Part shown: positions 60,026 to 64,000 of the stretch, piece by piece
How positions within the stretch are numbered: the first letter of the stretch is position 1
How the letters are laid out: every line of letters starts with the position of its first letter
Origin: Prorocentrum cordatum
Lineage: Eukaryota
Length of the DNA: 64,000 bases
NCBI GenBank assembly: GCA_963575745.1
Contig: CAUYUJ010000003.1
Location: forward strand, 248,001 to 312,000
Direction of reading: 5' to 3'
Program-made: the position numbers and the translations under genes
Notes under the pieces: model-generated
What the model was told of the DNA's origin: nothing
Seen by the model: only the letters and a program-made list of their open reading frames with translations
Database searches by the model: none

Positions 60026-60590
60026 GGTTGGAGTGTCTACGGGGGCGACGTCTCCACCCGCATCTGCGCCCGACGACGGCGGGGCCTCCTGCGGCCGCCG
60101 CCGGGGGGCAGCTCGACCGCCTGAAGGGCAGCCCTCGCGAGCGGGTCACCTCCGCAGAAAACAAGGCCGGCTGGGATTTGCTCTCACGGCGGGCAATGCG
60201 GCGCAGCTGAAACTGAACAGAAAAACAGTGTCCTTGAAGGCGTCGGGAACGGGGTGGGTCAGTCCCAGAGCAAAGGGGGGGCCCAGAAAGGGGGGGCACG
60301 GGAAGGTCGGCATTCAACTGCCTGCGGGCGATCATGCACATGGGGCAGCTGTGGCGGAAATAATGCCCCAGCGAGTCCCGAGCCACAGGGCGCCCCCAGA
60401 GGCAACCACGATATGGGTCATGCATCCTCGACTCCGCGACCTCCCCCCCCAAGTCCCATGCAAACGTTGCGCCGCGAGGGCGGTCGATCGTCGCGACGTC
60501 CGAGGCGCGGGCCCCAAGCCAGCGTTGCAATCTACAGGTCGGGCTGCACCTGTTGATGTCGAAGCCGTGCCGTCGAGGTGACAAGGCTCC
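60026..60590 (-). mobile_element. Old LINE 3' fragment (LINE-A-like C-terminal Cys/His motif)
   Basis: SRMHDPYRGCLWGRPVARDSLGHYFR resembles the LINE-A C-terminal motif; 3' end abuts (GGA)n at 59950-60025. Confidence 0.6.
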
Positions 60591-63500
60591 GGTGCGGCCA
60601 AAGATGGCCGCCCTTCGTGCTCAGCCACGAGGCCGGGCTGCCCGGGGCGGGCGCCCGTCGTCGTCGTACCTGTGGTCCCTGATGACGCGGTCGACGAAAA
60701 CAGCCCACTCCACGAGCTGCCGGTCGACCTCTTTCCTGTCGCCCAACGCCGTCGGCCACAGAAGCCGGCGTTGCAAACCATCATGGGGTCGCTGGCGCGG
60801 ACGGTGCCGGAAGCGGCTGCTCCCGCACTCCCACGCCACGTGTTCCCAGGTGCCCATCTCGACAGTGCACCACGGACACCGGCCGAGAACCAGGTCGCCC
60901 CTGTGGTAGTGTGCTGGGCTCACCACCGCGCCGGCGAAGACTCTCGCAGCTGCTGGTATCTCTTCCACAAGCTTGAGCATGCGCTTGTACCTGAGCGGAT
61001 CGTACTCGGCGTCGTCGCACGCCACCGTAGCCCGCCGGCTCCCTTTCATGAACTCCTGGAAATTGGAGAAACGCCAGGCTTCCCGAAGCAGGTGCGCCAC
61101 CTGTCCCGGCTCTCGCCACTCAGGGTGGTCTCGCCGGAGCGTGATGGTCTTCTCTGTTCCGTGGTGGCTCCACACCCACTCGTCCACGCACCGCCAGCCT
61201 GTCCACGCCAAGTGCTTTGTCAGTACGCCTGACCAGCCCGTGGTCTCCTTCCACGGCAGCTCCCCTGTGGGGTCGTTCCCTGCCAGGCCCTTAGCAATGG
61301 CGCGAACTACTCCAAGAATGGCCTCTTGCTGGCACCTGTACCGCACGTCAGAGCGATGTCCCAAAATCAACAACTTCAAGGGCCGCGGCGCGTGAATCGG
61401 AAAATCGATAGCTCTGTGCACACGGCTTTGAATCTGATTGGTGGCCGGGATGTTCGGCGTGTCGCAAACCCAGCCGTACTGAGCAGAAGCGAGAGGCCCG
61501 GCTTCCACCACCTGCTTCCTTTCTCTCGGCGGGAGTGGCAGAAGTGCTGCCTTGGCCGTCTGCTGGGAGGCCTTTTCGAGCCTCTTTATCTCCTTGCGGC
61601 ACTTCTTCCTCCTTTTCCCTCCCGTGATCTTCATGCCCAACACCTCCAGCTTGTCCGCCACGGCGTCTGGCGAGACATGTTTCTGAAGATTCCGGCGGCC
61701 AGCAGGGTCTCGGTGGCTCCACTGCTCCTTCAGGGCGTTTTCCTTGAGCCCCAGAGCAGCGCTCCAGGCTCGCCAAAGCTGCGCCGCGGCCAGGAGGTCC
61801 TCCAGGCGGCGCGCTGTCCACGTCCTGTCGTCGACGAAGACGGCAGTGGTGACGTTGGGCTCCCTCTCCTCCAGCTCCCGCAGCGGCCCGGCGAGCAGAC
61901 ATGTGAGCGCCAGCGGGCTCCACGGATCCCCCTGGGGGAGGGAAGTGCGCACTTCCTGCGCCTGCGGGTGCGTGATCCCGGCGAGTTGCATGTAGCGCTC
62001 CTGGTTTTCCCATTGCTGGGTCAGCATCGCCACGATGGCCTTCGGCATGCCCGCCTGCTGCAGCGCGACCGCGGCGCACGCGGGCTGCACTGTGTCGAAG
62101 CAGAGAGAAAAATCCCAAGATGTGGCGTATTCGCCCTGTTCCATTGCAACGATAATACTTTGGACAGCGTCGTTCACAGAAGCGCCCCTTTTGGCGCCGA
62201 AGGCACGCTCTGGCCACCACCGCCGCTGCCATTGCCTGCTGGCCGCGCTGTGGAGCCGGCTCCCTGCCCACAGCCGATGCCGGCAGCTGCTCACCGAGAT
62301 GGGTCGGACAGCTTCGGCCGGCAGTGCCTTGCCCTCGGCCACATCTTCTTTGGGCAATTGCGCTTGGCGCACTCTCTGCCACCCAGATGGGAGGGCGGCC
62401 ACTGTCTCGCAGAGATTGAAGAACTCAGCGACAGCCTCTGTGGCAAAGATCGCGTCCGCCACCTCCTCGCCGGTCCACCCGTCAGGGCCTGCGCTGCTTC
62501 CACGGATCTTGTCCTGTGCAGTCCGCACGTCTTCCTTCTCGAGCGGCGCCCACGCCTCTTCCTGGTGCCGCGGGCCCCACTCCGCCACCTTGGCTCGCCA
62601 TGCCGCTTCGGGAGGCAGCTCCCGGTCCCACACCTTGCGCCAGCGGTTGATCAGAAATCCCAGCGACTCCGGCATGGACTGCGCCGGTGCCTCCTCCCTG
62701 TCCTGCTCGTAGATCATGGTGTCTGGCGGGATGTGCCCCTGGAGCCAGCTGTGGGCCTTCCGGCGGGATGTCCTGAGGCTTTCCCGCCACCTCGCGAGCC
62801 TCTGCTCCTTGGCCCGGTCCCTCTCGGAGCGCAGCAGGCCCTCGAGCTCCACGATCTTGTCCTGCACAGCGTGGATCTGAGCCAAGGCGGTGTCCCCGGT
62901 CTGCACGAGGTACCGCTTCGCCTTCTCTCGGAGTCGCCTTGCCTCTGCCTCCCTGCCGGCGCCGCGCTGTTGCAGGTAGTCGAGGCGCCGTAGCCGAGCG
63001 AGGGCGTTGGCGAGCTGGCGCTCCCGGAAGGTGGCTTCCAGGCAGCTTGCGGCGCGTCCGTGCCGCACCCGCTCGAGCTGGACCTCGTTTTTCTGTAGCT
63101 TTTTGCGACCGTCCGAACCGGCTCTCTCCGGGTCCTCAGCGGCGCAATCCCACTCTGTGTCTGTGAGCATGGCACGAGCTTGGGCCATGCAGGTCTCCAT
63201 GGCGTGGCTGAGTTCCGCCCACTTCTGGTCAACCAGGCGGCGGGCCTCGCAGGACCCTGGTTCGACGCCATCTGCGGCCGCATTCATGCCGCTCTGCACG
63301 CGGTAATAACCCTGCGTGTTGTCCCACAGCTTGCTCGTGATGTCCACCCACTCTTCCTTGCTCGAGGCCGGCGGCATGGCGACCCCGCGGTGCTTCGCCA
63401 AGCGCCACTCCTCTACCTCCTCGCCCTCCATGCGGAAGTCGACAAGCATCTGCACGACGATGTGGTCGCTGATCGCGTCCTCGATCAGCTCGTGGCCCGT

Positions 63501-64000
63501 GATCGTCATGGCCCAGCTCACCCCGTAGTCGATGCACCGGTGGCCCCTCCAGCGCGTAGGGAGGTAGTCGCCGTTCTTATCCTTGACCGCTTCAATGCAG
63601 CACCAGGCGCGCGGGGCCAGCACCTGCGTTGGCAACTGGTTCCAATCCCCGATGGCCATCCAGGACGTCAGCCTGTCGACCTGCACAACGTCGCTGATTT
63701 CCCTCATGATGGCCCCCTCGTCGACGCCGGGGACCACGTACGTGTTGAACAGCACCACGCCCTCCACGACCGTCGCCAGGATCTGCCCTTCGGGCCCTCC
63801 CCGGCTCCACAGTTGTTTGGAGCGAAGCTTCCTGCTGACAATGGTCACTACGCCGTGGATCTGCCGCGTGGTGCCCTCCGCCACATTGCCACCCTGGTGG
63901 TGCGCCCTGTAGCCGCGCTTGAACATGGATTTCCTGAAGCTCTTGAAGTCTTTCTCAGACAGTGAGGCTTCCTGGAAGCATGCCACCTCCACATTCCGCT
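60590..64000 (-). mobile_element. LINE-D: apparently young non-LTR retrotransposon extending beyond the window
   Basis: Uninterrupted ORF2 and a short 3' region with a hairpin; the 3' junction is approximate. Confidence 0.88.
60621..63998 (-). CDS. LINE-D ORF2 (partial at 5', more than 1123 aa): APE endonuclease, reverse transcriptase and CCHC knuckle
   Basis: CFQEA, IGDWN, CIDYG, ISDHIVV; AGPDGW, RPISV, WDFSLCFDTV, LPQGDPWSPL, FVDD, VLGMKI; CPWC...HVAWEC. The frame stays open to the window edge. Confidence 0.93.
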   Translation of the reverse strand, partial: RNVEVACFQEASLSEKDFKSFRKSMFKRGYRAHHQGGNVAEGTTRQIHGVVTIVSRKLRSKQLWSRGGPEGQILATVVEGVVLFNTYVVPGVDEGAIMREISDVVQVDRLTSWMAIGDWNQLPTQVLAPRAWCCIEAVKDKNGDYLPTRWRGHRCIDYGVSWAMTITGHELIEDAISDHIVVQMLVDFRMEGEEVEEWRLAKHRGVAMPPASSKEEWVDITSKLWDNTQGYYRVQSGMNAAADGVEPGSCEARRLVDQKWAELSHAMETCMAQARAMLTDTEWDCAAEDPERAGSDGRKKLQKNEVQLERVRHGRAASCLEATFRERQLANALARLRRLDYLQQRGAGREAEARRLREKAKRYLVQTGDTALAQIHAVQDKIVELEGLLRSERDRAKEQRLARWRESLRTSRRKAHSWLQGHIPPDTMIYEQDREEAPAQSMPESLGFLINRWRKVWDRELPPEAAWRAKVAEWGPRHQEEAWAPLEKEDVRTAQDKIRGSSAGPDGWTGEEVADAIFATEAVAEFFNLCETVAALPSGWQRVRQAQLPKEDVAEGKALPAEAVRPISVSSCRHRLWAGSRLHSAASRQWQRRWWPERAFGAKRGASVNDAVQSIIVAMEQGEYATSWDFSLCFDTVQPACAAVALQQAGMPKAIVAMLTQQWENQERYMQLAGITHPQAQEVRTSLPQGDPWSPLALTCLLAGPLRELEEREPNVTTAVFVDDRTWTARRLEDLLAAAQLWRAWSAALGLKENALKEQWSHRDPAGRRNLQKHVSPDAVADKLEVLGMKITGGKRRKKCRKEIKRLEKASQQTAKAALLPLPPRERKQVVEAGPLASAQYGWVCDTPNIPATNQIQSRVHRAIDFPIHAPRPLKLLILGHRSDVRYRCQQEAILGVVRAIAKGLAGNDPTGELPWKETTGWSGVLTKHLAWTGWRCVDEWVWSHHGTEKTITLRRDHPEWREPGQVAHLLREAWRFSNFQEFMKGSRRATVACDDAEYDPLRYKRMLKLVEEIPAAARVFAGAVVSPAHYHRGDLVLGRCPWCTVEMGTWEHVAWECGSSRFRHRPRQRPHDGLQRRLLWPTALGDRKEVDRQLVEWAVFVDRVIRDHRYDDDGRPPRAARPRG

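Noticed and set aside
61326..62993. 555-aa plus-strand ORF (also 20938-21858 and 48015-49043)
   Set aside because: Antisense shadows of GC-rich LINE ORF2 sequence with no recognisable motifs.

Overview
This is GC-rich, repeat-saturated eukaryotic DNA with no recognisable host gene, rRNA, tRNA or CRISPR array. Exact and degenerate copies of the dinoflagellate spliced leader (DinoSL, DCCGTAGCCATTTTGGCTCAAG) point to a dinoflagellate genome (inference). The window is mostly retroelements, all on the minus strand. These are one apparently intact, full-length two-ORF LINE (16104-23904), two decayed near-full-length LINEs (46771-53799 and 54031-59224), an intact LINE ORF2 running off the right edge (60621-64000), two LINE 3' fragments and a decayed Copia-like remnant. 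They sit among (GGA/TCC)n, (GTC)n and (CTG)n microsatellites, minisatellites and a roughly 4.4-4.9 kb tandem segmental duplication. The main observation is that the intact LINE begins exactly with a perfect 21-nt DinoSL lying inside a candidate 16-bp target-site duplication, and both decayed LINEs have SL-like sequence at their 5' junctions. All three sit just downstream of pyrimidine tracts on their sense strand. This suggests promoter-independent LINEs that are capped by SL trans-splicing and use (TCC)n target sites as splice-acceptor context (hypothesis). Coordinates were read by eye, no searches were run, and the boundaries of decayed elements are approximate.
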